From contig DASCPX010000037.1 of NCBI GenBank assembly GCA_036012755.1, positions 19,577 to 83,576 on the forward strand: 64,000 nt of DNA, given 5' to 3'. A program made the translations under genes and the position numbers. The notes under the pieces were generated by a model. The model was not told where the DNA came from. It saw only the letters and a list, made by a program, of their open reading frames with translations, and ran no database searches. Positions 1-8,412 of the stretch are shown piece after piece; within the stretch, counting starts at the first letter, position 1; the number at the start of each line of letters is the position of its first letter. The stretch comes from Myxococcota bacterium (GTDB taxonomy: Bacteria; Myxococcota_A; UBA796; CAJQPC01).

Positions 1-397
1 TGGCCTCTGTCGCCAGCGTCGTGCCCGCTCGCGCCGAGAGGCCCGTGCCGCTGCCCTTGGCGAAGCTGTTCGTGGACAGGCCCTGAACGACTCGGCGAGG
101 CCGGATCTCCTCCGGCGGGGGGGGCGGCGGCGGCTCGACGGTCTCGGTGAAGTCGACCGGCTCTGGCTCTGGCTCTGGCTCGGGCTCTGGCTCCGGCTCG
201 GGCTCTGGCTCGGGCTCGGCTTCGGGCTCTGGCTCCTGCTCGATGACCATCATCTCGACCCAGTCCTCGGCCGTGTCTCTCGAGACGTCGATGGACATCA
301 CCCCGTAGGCGGCGCCGGCGTGGAACAAGATGGCCATGGCAGCTGCCGGGACGGCGCCACTCCACCAGCTCGACCCGCGCTCGTAGGGGGAGCGCAC
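1..397 (-). CDS. TonB/TolA-like energy transducer, N-terminal part (runs off window start)
   Basis: Read manually (absent from ORF track). GTG at 397 directly after the exbD stop: MRSPYERGSSWWSGAVPAAAMAILFHAGAAYGV (single TM with His), then (EP)n and poly-Pro linker. Third gene of exbB-exbD operon. Confidence 0.7.
   Translation of the reverse strand, partial: MRSPYERGSSWWSGAVPAAAMAILFHAGAAYGVMSIDVSRDTAEDWVEMMVIEQEPEPEAEPEPEPEPEPEPEPEPEPEPVDFTETVEPPPPPPPEEIRPRRVVQGLSTNSFAKGSGTGLSARAGTTLATEA
158..235 (-). repeat. Coding 6-bp tandem repeat (GAGCCN) encoding 13 Glu-Pro-type dipeptides (one is EA)
   Basis: Direct reading: EPEPEAEPEPEPEPEPEPEPEPEPEP. Confidence 0.9.
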
Positions 398-835
398 TCA
401 GTTCGTCATTGTTCGGCCGGCTTCCGCCGTCGCCGGGTCGATGTTGATGGCGAACTTGGCGACGCCCTCCTGCTTCACCACGTCGAGCAGCCACACCACC
501 CGCCCGTGGGGCACGTCGGTGTCTGCGGCGATGAGGCAGGTGATCTCTTCGTCCTGGGCTTGGGCCTGGCGGATCGTGGCCCGCAGCGTGCCCTCGTCGA
601 TGGGCTCGCCGTCGAGGTGGAGCAGGCCGTCGCTGGTGAGCTGGAGGCCGAGGCTCGTGAGCTCGCTGGCGTCACCGGTGGCGGCCTCGGGCAGGGTCAC
701 CTTGATGCTGGGAGCGACGATGTAGGTCGCCGTCACCATGAAGATGATGAGGACGACGAGGATGATGTCGACCAGGGGCGTGATGTTGATGTCGACGATC
801 GGGTCGTTGTCAGCGCCGCCGAGCTTCGCAGCCAC
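398..835 (-). CDS. exbD: ExbD/TolR biopolymer transport protein
   Basis: INITPLVDIILVVLIIFMVT TM with conserved Asp; IAADTDVPHGRVV periplasmic motif. Confidence 0.9.
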   Translation of the reverse strand: MAAKLGGADNDPIVDINITPLVDIILVVLIIFMVTATYIVAPSIKVTLPEAATGDASELTSLGLQLTSDGLLHLDGEPIDEGTLRATIRQAQAQDEEITCLIAADTDVPHGRVVWLLDVVKQEGVAKFAINIDPATAEAGRTMTN

Positions 836-1510
836 TCATGCCCCCTTCTGCGCGAGCGCCACGGCCTCTGAGGGCTCGGCGTCGTTCGGAGTCGCCTTGA
901 GTCGGGCGAGGACGAGGTGCGAGAGGCTCTCCACCCTGCTCATCAGCTCCTTGATCCGGCGCTGGAAGAAGTTGTAGAGCACGACCGCCGGGATCGCGAC
1001 CATGAGACCGATGGCGGTGGCGACGAGCGCTTCGGAGATCCCGGCCATCACGGCCCCGGCGCCCTCCGGATCGAGCTGGGCCAGCTCGTTGAAGGCCGAG
1101 ATGATGCCGAGCACCGTGCCGAACAGGCCGATGAAGGGGGCGTTGCTGCCGGTGGTCCCGAGGATGATGAGCCAGCGATCCAGCCGCATCTTCTCGAAGA
1201 CCATCGTGCCGGCGATGGCCTCCTCTGCGGCGTCCGGCCCGTGCTTGGATGCCTCGATACCGGCGGCGAGGACCCGGGCTTCGGCCCCGTTCATGCCGTC
1301 GAGCTCGCGGCGGAAGTCCCCCGCGTCTCCCGCGGCCAGGTATTTCGTGATGGCTTCCTGGAGCTTCCCGCTGGGGGTCGTGTTCAGGACCAGGTAGATC
1401 CCGCGCTCGACGGCGACGGCCACGCAGAGCACGGAGAGGCCTACCAGGAGCCACAGCACCCAGCCTGCGCCGAGGAGGGCAAACGCCAGCATTCTTTCTT
1501 CGAGCGACAC
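836..1510 (-). CDS. exbB: MotA/TolQ/ExbB proton channel protein
   Basis: APFIGLFGTVLGIISAF and GISEALVATAIGLMVAIPA motifs; GAGGAG SD upstream. Confidence 0.9.
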   Translation of the reverse strand: MSLEERMLAFALLGAGWVLWLLVGLSVLCVAVAVERGIYLVLNTTPSGKLQEAITKYLAAGDAGDFRRELDGMNGAEARVLAAGIEASKHGPDAAEEAIAGTMVFEKMRLDRWLIILGTTGSNAPFIGLFGTVLGIISAFNELAQLDPEGAGAVMAGISEALVATAIGLMVAIPAVVLYNFFQRRIKELMSRVESLSHLVLARLKATPNDAEPSEAVALAQKGA

Positions 1511-1650
1511 TCGGCGACTCCTCAGCTACTGCCCTTGCGGCGAATGTTACGGCACCAGGCGCGGGTGCGTGCCGCCGACCTTTGGACACTCTCGTCACGC
1601 CTCGCCGAAAGGGAAGTCCGCCCATCGAGCCCCCTTCCCCGGGTCAGGGC

Positions 1651-2616
1651 TCATTCACGAGGTCCAACGTATGGACCCACGACTCCGCTTCGCCAGGTTC
1701 CGATGCCGAACCAGGCCACGTTGCGGTACCCACGGGCACCGCCGATCGCCCAGTCGGTGCTGAGGGGCAGCTGCCTGCCGCCGAACCAGGGCAGGGCGAA
1801 GAGCTTCACCTCGAAGCCGGCCGGGGCTTCGTAGCCGGAGGCCAGGCCTTCGACCGAGAGCCCGGACTCCACCGCGCCGACGACGACGAGGTCGAGCGCC
1901 ATGCGCGCGGGCAGGCCGAAGGCCGGGTCCTGGCCGATCCAGCCTCCTCCGATAGCGAGCTCCGGAGGCATCACGGCGAGGGATGGCGCGCCGTCGACCT
2001 CTTCGGACAGGGCGGCGTTCATGCGGCTGCGCCAGGCCACCGCCAGGCTCCAGCCGGCGGCGCACATCACGACGCCGGTCTCGAATCCGCGGCCCGAGTA
2101 GCGGGCGTCGAGCTCGGGCGTCCGAAGGTCGACGGCGGCTGTGCGGTAGCCGACACCGAAGACGACGTTGCCGTCGCTCCAGGACCAGGCGCCGACGGCG
2201 TGCCCTTCCTGGGCGCGGACGAGGCGCTGTTCGCGCGCGTAGCGGGTGGTGGAGTAGACGAGTCCGCCGGCGCCGTTGTTGACGACGAAGGTCCCGCCGA
2301 GGCTCAGGACCCCACCGGTCCAGGTCTCCTCGGGCAGCCCGAGGTCGCCTGCGCCGATGCCGGTCAGCTGGGAGAAGGTCGACAGGGTCATCGTCATCGT
2401 CCCGGTCACTCGAGCTCGGCTCTCGACCGGCCGCATCGCGGGGGCCGAGGGGTGGGCGAACACGCCCTTCGCACCCGTCGCCCAGGCCAGTCCAGCGCTG
2501 CCCATGCCGATGCTCTCGGCGGACACCAGCGGCACGCTCCTGGAGAGATCCAGCGCGGGGCTCTCTTGTGCCAGAGCCAGCGGTATCAGCGCGAGCACAG
2601 CGGCTTGACACCCCAT
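1651..2616 (-). CDS. Putative outer-membrane beta-barrel protein (FadL/PorV-like N-terminus)
   Basis: Signal peptide ..LALIPLALA|QES (alternative start GTG 2598); SAESIGMGSAGLAWATGAKGVFAHPSA resembles the GARxxGMGGAxxA..NPA motif; amphipathic beta-strand pattern. Confidence 0.5.
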   Translation of the reverse strand: MGCQAAVLALIPLALAQESPALDLSRSVPLVSAESIGMGSAGLAWATGAKGVFAHPSAPAMRPVESRARVTGTMTMTLSTFSQLTGIGAGDLGLPEETWTGGVLSLGGTFVVNNGAGGLVYSTTRYAREQRLVRAQEGHAVGAWSWSDGNVVFGVGYRTAAVDLRTPELDARYSGRGFETGVVMCAAGWSLAVAWRSRMNAALSEEVDGAPSLAVMPPELAIGGGWIGQDPAFGLPARMALDLVVVGAVESGLSVEGLASGYEAPAGFEVKLFALPWFGGRQLPLSTDWAIGGARGYRNVAWFGIGTWRSGVVGPYVGPRE

Positions 2617-2633
2617 CGGGTCCTGCTTACCTC
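2605..2633 (+). promoter_or_regulatory. Putative sigma70 promoter of tRNA-Cys
   Basis: TTGACA (2605-2610), 17 nt, TACCTC (weak -10), ending 11 nt before the tRNA. Confidence 0.45.
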
Positions 2634-2644
2634 AGCGGCCGTCT

Positions 2645-2716
2645 GGCGACGTAGCCAAGTGGTAAGGCAAAGGTTTGCAAAACCTTGTATCACCGGTTCG
2701 ACTCCGGTCGTCGCCT
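2645..2716 (+). tRNA. tRNA-Cys(GCA)
   Basis: Acceptor stem GGCGACG/CGTCGCC; anticodon arm AAGGT-TTGCAAA-ACCTT; T arm ACCGG-TTCGACT-CCGGT; U73 discriminator; followed by CCT (no encoded CCA). Confidence 0.97.
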
Positions 2717-2745
2717 CCTCACGCTTCGCTCTTCTCGTGCGCCCC

Positions 2746-3450
2746 ATGCTGACGGTCGTGGTCCTAGCCAGGAACGAAGCGGACCGCATCACGGCTGCCG
2801 TGAGCAGCGGCCTCGAGGTCGGGCCAGTGCTGGTGCTGGACTCCGGCTCCACTGACGACACCGTCGCCCTCGCCAGGGCAGCGGGGGCCGAGGTCGTCCA
2901 GACCGACTGGCCGGGCTTCGTCGAGCAACGCAACCGGGCGCTCCAGCGCGTCGAGACCGAGTGGGTGCTCTTCCTCGACGCCGACGAGCGCCTCGAGGGC
3001 TTCGCCGCGCCCTCCGGAGAGCATGACGGCTACCGCCTCCGGCGAGCCAACTCCTGGCTCGGTCAGGCCGTCGGGTACGGGACCTTCGGGAGCGACCGAC
3101 CGCTGCGCCTGGTCCGTCGAGCGCGAGCCCGCTGCGAGGGCCGGGGGGTCCACGAGGTCCTCGTCGTCGAGGGCTCCGTCGGCACCGCCGCTGGGGTGAT
3201 CCGCCACGAGCCCTACCGCGATCTCGGAGAGCACCTCGCCACCATCGACCGGTACTCCCGGCTCTTCGCGGAGTCCTCCGAGCGACGGGCTGGCTGGTGG
3301 GACGTCGTGCTCCGCCCCCCTCTACATTTCGTGAAGGCCTATCTACTGAAGCTCGGCTTTCTCGATGGGGTGGTCGGTCTGCAGCTCGCGTGGCTCGGGT
3401 CGATGCACGTGGCGCTCAAGTGGGGGCGGTTGTACGCCAGAAGGCAATGA
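2746..3450 (+). CDS. GT2 glycosyltransferase (WaaE/KdtX-like LPS core glucosyltransferase)
   Basis: MLTVVVLARNEA, LDSGSTDDT, QRNRAL, WVLFLDADE, VHE, GFLDG motifs; true start 2746 lies within track ORF 1582..3450. Confidence 0.85.
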   Translation: MLTVVVLARNEADRITAAVSSGLEVGPVLVLDSGSTDDTVALARAAGAEVVQTDWPGFVEQRNRALQRVETEWVLFLDADERLEGFAAPSGEHDGYRLRRANSWLGQAVGYGTFGSDRPLRLVRRARARCEGRGVHEVLVVEGSVGTAAGVIRHEPYRDLGEHLATIDRYSRLFAESSERRAGWWDVVLRPPLHFVKAYLLKLGFLDGVVGLQLAWLGSMHVALKWGRLYARRQ

Positions 3451-4451
3451 ACGTCGCCCTCGTCCATCGCCGCTTCACGACACAGGGCGGCACCGAGCGC
3501 TTCCTGGTCGGGTTGGCACGGTACCTGCTCGATGAGGGCCACATGGTCCACGTCTACTGCAACCGCGTCGACACCCCAGAGCCCCGGATCCACTTCCACC
3601 ACCTGCCCATGCTGCGGCCGGCGAAGGTGCTCAGTCTCTGGCGCAGCGCCGGCGGCGTCGCCCTCGCGGACCACGACGTCGTGCTCGGGCTCGGGCGACA
3701 CACCCCTCACGACGTCTACCGAGCCGGCGGAGGTGCGCACGCGGCCTACCTCGAGGCCTGCCGTCCCAACTGGCGATGGAACCCGGCGGCTCGCCTGGAG
3801 GTCAGACTCGACAGGGCCGCGGTGCGCTCCGCGAAGGCCGTCATCACCCCCTCGCGGCGCGCTGGAGAGGACCTCGTCGAGCACTATGGACTGCCTCCGG
3901 ATCGCCTGCGCGTGATCCACAACGGCGTCGACACCGAGCGCTTCCAGCCCCGGGCCTGGCGGCGGGAGGGCAGGCCGCGCCTGGTCTTCCTCGGCACCGG
4001 CTTCGCTCGCAAGGGGCTCGCCGAGGCCGTCGAGGTGGCCACGCGCCTCGGGGCCACCCTGGACGTCATCGGCACCGACGTCCGGCTGGAGTCCTGGCGC
4101 CGGAACCGTCCAGGGGTGCACTTCCACGGCGCCGTCGAGGCCGTCGAGGAGCTCCTGCCCCAGTTCGACGCGATGCTCCTGCCCACCCGCTACGAGCCTT
4201 ACGGGAACGCCTGCCTGGAGGCGATGGCCTGCGGTGTGCCCCCCGTGACCACCTCGGTGAACGGGGCCTCTGAGGTGTTCCCCGACGGGCGGCTCGTCGC
4301 CGACGACATCGAGGGCCTCGCGGAGTCGGTGCGCCATGTCCTGGACTCTGGACAGACCTTGCGCGACCGCTGCCGGGACCGGGCGCTGGACCTCCCGCGT
4401 GACCGGGCCTACAAGGCGGTGATGAACGTGCTGATGGATGCTCGGCGATGA
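3447..4451 (+). CDS. GT4 glycosyltransferase (WaaG/RfaG-like)
   Basis: GGTER, IHNGVD, RKGL, YEPYGNACLEAMACG; ATGA overlap with upstream stop. Confidence 0.9.
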   Translation: MNVALVHRRFTTQGGTERFLVGLARYLLDEGHMVHVYCNRVDTPEPRIHFHHLPMLRPAKVLSLWRSAGGVALADHDVVLGLGRHTPHDVYRAGGGAHAAYLEACRPNWRWNPAARLEVRLDRAAVRSAKAVITPSRRAGEDLVEHYGLPPDRLRVIHNGVDTERFQPRAWRREGRPRLVFLGTGFARKGLAEAVEVATRLGATLDVIGTDVRLESWRRNRPGVHFHGAVEAVEELLPQFDAMLLPTRYEPYGNACLEAMACGVPPVTTSVNGASEVFPDGRLVADDIEGLAESVRHVLDSGQTLRDRCRDRALDLPRDRAYKAVMNVLMDARR

Positions 4452-7400
4452 GGCGGATCCTGTCTCGTGTCCTGGCCGCGGGTGTGGTCCTCGCGCTGTT
4501 GTCCTCGGTCGCTGCGGTCTTCGGCTACGACCGCTACGTCGTCGAAGACCCCGGCGAGCACCTGGAGGAGGCCTACATCCGGGCCCTGATCACCCAGGAG
4601 TCCCCTGTCTACTACCGGGACGGGCGCACCCGCCTGGGGGTCTTCTTCGCCGAGGAGCACCGTCACTACGTCGAGTACGAGGACATCCCGAAGGACTGGA
4701 CCAACGCCATCGTCTCGGCCGAGGACCAGCGCTACTGGACGCACCCGGGTGTCGACAGCGTCGGGCTCGCGCGCGCCATGATCCAGAACGTCAAGGCGGG
4801 ACGGGTGGTCTCCGGCGGCTCCACGCTGACGATGCAGACCTCTGAGAACCTCTTCCACCCGGGCACCTACGATCTCAACGGCAAGCTCTTCGAGGTGCTC
4901 GACACCCTCCGGCTGGAGGCCCACTACTCCAAGGAGGACATCCTCGAGTTCTACGCGAACCAGTTCCATGTCTATGGAAACGGGCGGGGGCTGGGCATCG
5001 CCGCGCGCTACTTCTTCGACAAGGACGTCTCCGAGCTGAGCCTGCACGAGTGCGCTTTTTTGGCCGGCCTCGTCAAGATCCCCGGGCGCTACAACCCCTT
5101 CATCGGGAAGACCGACGAGGACCGCCAGACGGCCAGGGACCGCGCCCAGGAGCGGACAAACTACGTGCTCGGGCGCATGGTCATCGACGGCCACGTCGAC
5201 GCGAAGGTGGCCGAGGAGCTCTACGACGAGCCGCTGCCCTTCAAGCGCGGCACCTTCCGCTACGACTCCTCGATCCTCATGGACGAGGTGGAGCGGCAGC
5301 TCGAGCAGGAGCCCTTCCCCTCGTTGCTGGCCAGCGCCGGCATCGACAACCCGGCGACCTCGGGCATCCAGGTGGTGACCACCCTCGACGTGGCGGCCCA
5401 GCGCGGGGCCACCTACGGCCTCTGGCATCACCTCTCGGAGGCCGGCCCGGCGATGGAGGACCTCGAGCCCACTGCCTTCATCCACGGCGCGGAGCACGCC
5501 CCGAAGCCAGATCCCAACGACGTGCCAGGGGCCCGCGAGTTCCGCTACGCCGTGGTCGGCGCTCACGGTGACGAGGGCTACGAGCTGGACCTCGGAGGGC
5601 ATCCCGGGCGGCTGGACGATGTCGGCTTCGAGCGCGCGGTCAAGCTCCTCGCCGTCGCCCAGCAGTCGAACCGCTACCCCATCGTCAACGACGTCACCCG
5701 GGCGAAGGTCTCGGACGTGCTGACACAGGGGGCGGTGGTCTGGGTCAGCGTGCGCGAGGCGAAGGACGGCGTCTGGCTCTGCGATCTCGAGGTCCGACCA
5801 GAGCTCCAGGGCGCGGTCGTGGTGCTCGAGGACGGGCGCATTCGGGCGATGGTCGGCGGCAACGACAACCGCAACTTCAACCGGGCCTCGACGGCGCGGC
5901 GGCAGCTCGGATCGACCTGGAAGATCCTGATCTACGACGCCGCCTTCCAGCTGGGCTGGGCGCCGACGGACGCGCTGGACAACCGGCGGGCGGTCTTCCC
6001 CTTCACCAGCACCTGGTACTACCCGCGGCCGGACCACAAGAGCGAGGACTTCGTCTCCATCGGCTGGGCTGGCGTGCGCAGCGAGAACCTCGCCACCATC
6101 TGGCTGCTCTACCACCTCACCGACCGGCTCAACCCCGAGCAGGTCCGGCGGCTCGCCGAGCTCACGGGGCTGTCCCAGGCCGAGGGCGAGTCCCGTACGC
6201 AGTACATCGAGCGCATCAGGGACGACAACGGCGTGATCGCCACCCGGGACCGCATCGACGACGCGCTCTTCGGCGCAGTGAAGGAAGAGGTCATCGCGGA
6301 TCTGGCCTTCACCGGCCATCCCGAGGACGCCGTCGAGCTGCGCTCGCTCCACTACGGCCGCGGCTTCGTGGCCGAGCGCGCCAAGCAGGCAGAGGCCGTG
6401 CGGCTCCGGGCCCTGGACCACAACTTCCTGCGGCTCGAGGCGATGGCAGAGGTCTGCCGCGAGCAGCACGAGATCCTCCGCTCTGCGAAGGGGCCGATCG
6501 ATCCCTCGCTGGTGCCCGATCTGACGGTTCGGCCGACCGCTCGCGGCTTCCGCGTGAACTGCTTCACCTCCCCGGAGGGCTGGGCTCCGGCTGGCGAGGA
6601 CCTCGTGCATCGCCTCGGAGCTCCGGGGTTGCCCCCGGTCATGGCGGACCCGCTGATCGACGGGTTGCTGCACGCCTCGACGCTGGAGGCGACTCGCGAC
6701 GCCATGGCGCGAAAGGGGGAGCAGCTCGAGATCTACGAGCCCTACGACCCCGAGTTGCTCTACCTCCACCCGGACTTTCGCCTGATCCTGGGCCTGCGCT
6801 ACGTCGCGGGACTCGCGCGCGAGATGGGCGTGCAGGAGGAGATCCCGCCCGTGTTGTCGATGCCGCTGGGTGCGATCGACGTCTCGCTCGTCGAGGCCGC
6901 CGGTGTGTACCAGGGCTTCCTGGCCGGAGAGGCATGGCGCTTCCCTGGCAAGGGCTTCGAGCCTGGCACGGTCCCCGGCACCCGCTCGACCTTCAAGGTG
7001 CCCGAGCAGGAGGTCCCCGCCTTGCTGATCGCGGAGATCCGTGACCGGGAGGGCAACGTGATCTACCGGGCCGATCCCAAGGCGGAGAGAGTCGCCGACG
7101 ACATGGCCGGAGTCCTCACCGTCGACATCCTCCGCAATGTCGTGCAGTACGGCACGGGGCGGCGGGCCCTGTCCGTCGCCTCCGGCTTCCCCCTTGGAGG
7201 CAAGACGGGCACGACCAACGACTACAAGAACGCCGCCTTCGTCGGGCACGCGCCGAAGGCGAACCGGGACGACGAGATCCACCACGACCGCGCCTACACC
7301 GTGGCCGCCTACGTGGGCTACGACGACAACCGCAAGATGGTTCGGGGCAACATCAAGCTGCAGGGCGCCAGCGGAGCGCTGCCAGCCTGGATGGGCACCG

Positions 7401-7723
7401 TGCAAGCGCTCTACGATGCCGGTCTCATGGGAAACCCCGGCGAGCTCGTCGAGCCCGACCACACCTACAGGGCACCGGTCGTCGACCTCTCGGGGCTGCC
7501 CGGGAGCGCAGGCGAGGAGCGCAGCCTGCTCGTCTACGGGAGCGACGGGCCACAGCGGCGCTTCGCCCCCTTCGCAGAGCGGGCCGAGACCGTCGATGCA
7601 GAGGAGGAGGCCCCACCGGTGGACCTCGACATGCCGGATCCCTCCCGAAACGAAGACCCCTGGGATACGGGTAGTGCTGAAGTCCCCAGGTCGATCTGGG
7701 ACCGGATCGAGCAGGAGGAGTGA
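4448..7723 (+). CDS. mrcA: Class A penicillin-binding protein (PBP1A-type): GT51, OB-like insert, transpeptidase with large insertion
   Basis: N-terminal TM; EDQRYWTHPGVD, GGSTLT, KEDILEFYAN; TP motifs STWK (5912), SEN (6080), KTGT (7202). Confidence 0.85.
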   Translation: MRRILSRVLAAGVVLALLSSVAAVFGYDRYVVEDPGEHLEEAYIRALITQESPVYYRDGRTRLGVFFAEEHRHYVEYEDIPKDWTNAIVSAEDQRYWTHPGVDSVGLARAMIQNVKAGRVVSGGSTLTMQTSENLFHPGTYDLNGKLFEVLDTLRLEAHYSKEDILEFYANQFHVYGNGRGLGIAARYFFDKDVSELSLHECAFLAGLVKIPGRYNPFIGKTDEDRQTARDRAQERTNYVLGRMVIDGHVDAKVAEELYDEPLPFKRGTFRYDSSILMDEVERQLEQEPFPSLLASAGIDNPATSGIQVVTTLDVAAQRGATYGLWHHLSEAGPAMEDLEPTAFIHGAEHAPKPDPNDVPGAREFRYAVVGAHGDEGYELDLGGHPGRLDDVGFERAVKLLAVAQQSNRYPIVNDVTRAKVSDVLTQGAVVWVSVREAKDGVWLCDLEVRPELQGAVVVLEDGRIRAMVGGNDNRNFNRASTARRQLGSTWKILIYDAAFQLGWAPTDALDNRRAVFPFTSTWYYPRPDHKSEDFVSIGWAGVRSENLATIWLLYHLTDRLNPEQVRRLAELTGLSQAEGESRTQYIERIRDDNGVIATRDRIDDALFGAVKEEVIADLAFTGHPEDAVELRSLHYGRGFVAERAKQAEAVRLRALDHNFLRLEAMAEVCREQHEILRSAKGPIDPSLVPDLTVRPTARGFRVNCFTSPEGWAPAGEDLVHRLGAPGLPPVMADPLIDGLLHASTLEATRDAMARKGEQLEIYEPYDPELLYLHPDFRLILGLRYVAGLAREMGVQEEIPPVLSMPLGAIDVSLVEAAGVYQGFLAGEAWRFPGKGFEPGTVPGTRSTFKVPEQEVPALLIAEIRDREGNVIYRADPKAERVADDMAGVLTVDILRNVVQYGTGRRALSVASGFPLGGKTGTTNDYKNAAFVGHAPKANRDDEIHHDRAYTVAAYVGYDDNRKMVRGNIKLQGASGALPAWMGTVQALYDAGLMGNPGELVEPDHTYRAPVVDLSGLPGSAGEERSLLVYGSDGPQRRFAPFAERAETVDAEEEAPPVDLDMPDPSRNEDPWDTGSAEVPRSIWDRIEQEE

Positions 7724-8412
7724 TGTTCCTGGTCGCGCTCGCCATCGGCTGCGTCGAGGTCAAGCCCTACGGCCCGGGCCCAGAGCCCATGGGCAAGCCC
7801 CCTGTCGCCGACAGCGGCGACACTGGAGACACCGGACCGGAGGTCGACTGGGCCGAGCTCGAGGAGCAGCTCGCCGAGCTGATGGAGGCCGAGACCGAGG
7901 CCGACACCTTGGAGAGGCTCAGCGCAGCCCACTCCCTCGCGGGTGACATGAAGCGGGGTGGCCCCCACCCGGCCACAGCCGTCGAGAGCTACCTCACGAG
8001 GCTGATAGAGGTCGAGTCCCGCGCCACCACGACGGAGCTCCCGGAGGGCATCGGCTTCACCATCGGCGAGGGCATCGTGGTCGAGGAGATCGTCGAGCCC
8101 CTGGACATCGAGAGCGCCCGCGCTTCCCTCGCCGCCGGGGACTACGCCGACGCCGTCGCCTCTCTGCGCTCCCACCGCGGCGAGGCCGAGGTGGACAGGC
8201 TCTGGCAGGAGGCCGTCGACGGCTTCGTCCACGTGGAGCGCGAGCGCGCCGGTGCGCTCTTCGTCAGCGCTCGCGACATGCCCGAAGGCGAGATCCGCGA
8301 CTCGGCGGTGGAAGAGGTCGTGAGCATCCTCGAGGGACTGCTCAGGGACTACCCGGAGTCCTCTTACGTCGACGCGATCGAGCGCAACCTGGAGATGGCT
8401 CGCTCCGAGTGA
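7723..8412 (+). CDS. Helical (TPR-like) lipoprotein coupled to PBP1A
   Basis: MFLVALAIG-C lipobox; TGATG overlap and GGAGGAG SD; C-terminal LLRDYPESSYVDAIERNL resembles a TPR cap. Confidence 0.65.
   Translation: MFLVALAIGCVEVKPYGPGPEPMGKPPVADSGDTGDTGPEVDWAELEEQLAELMEAETEADTLERLSAAHSLAGDMKRGGPHPATAVESYLTRLIEVESRATTTELPEGIGFTIGEGIVVEEIVEPLDIESARASLAAGDYADAVASLRSHRGEAEVDRLWQEAVDGFVHVERERAGALFVSARDMPEGEIRDSAVEEVVSILEGLLRDYPESSYVDAIERNLEMARSE

Noticed and set aside
398..1510. Assignment as the Agl gliding motor (AglR/Q/S)
   Set aside because: Only one ExbD/TolR-type gene is visible and it is followed by a TonB-like gene; cannot be separated from a generic Ton/Tol system without phylogeny
1582..3450. 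622-aa ORF suggesting a large fusion glycosyltransferase
   Set aside because: It runs through tRNA-Cys and antisense to another gene; the GT2 domain starts at ATG 2746. Similar false N-terminal extensions occur at 12127, 27185, 32141, 45033, 59555 and 61473.
4409..7462. Very long antisense or alternate-frame ORFs (also 16505..18685, 13880..15901, 38138..40444, 40140..42365 and others)
   Set aside because: Shadow ORFs of well-supported genes; stop codons are rare in GC-rich antisense frames and the products have no recognisable motifs
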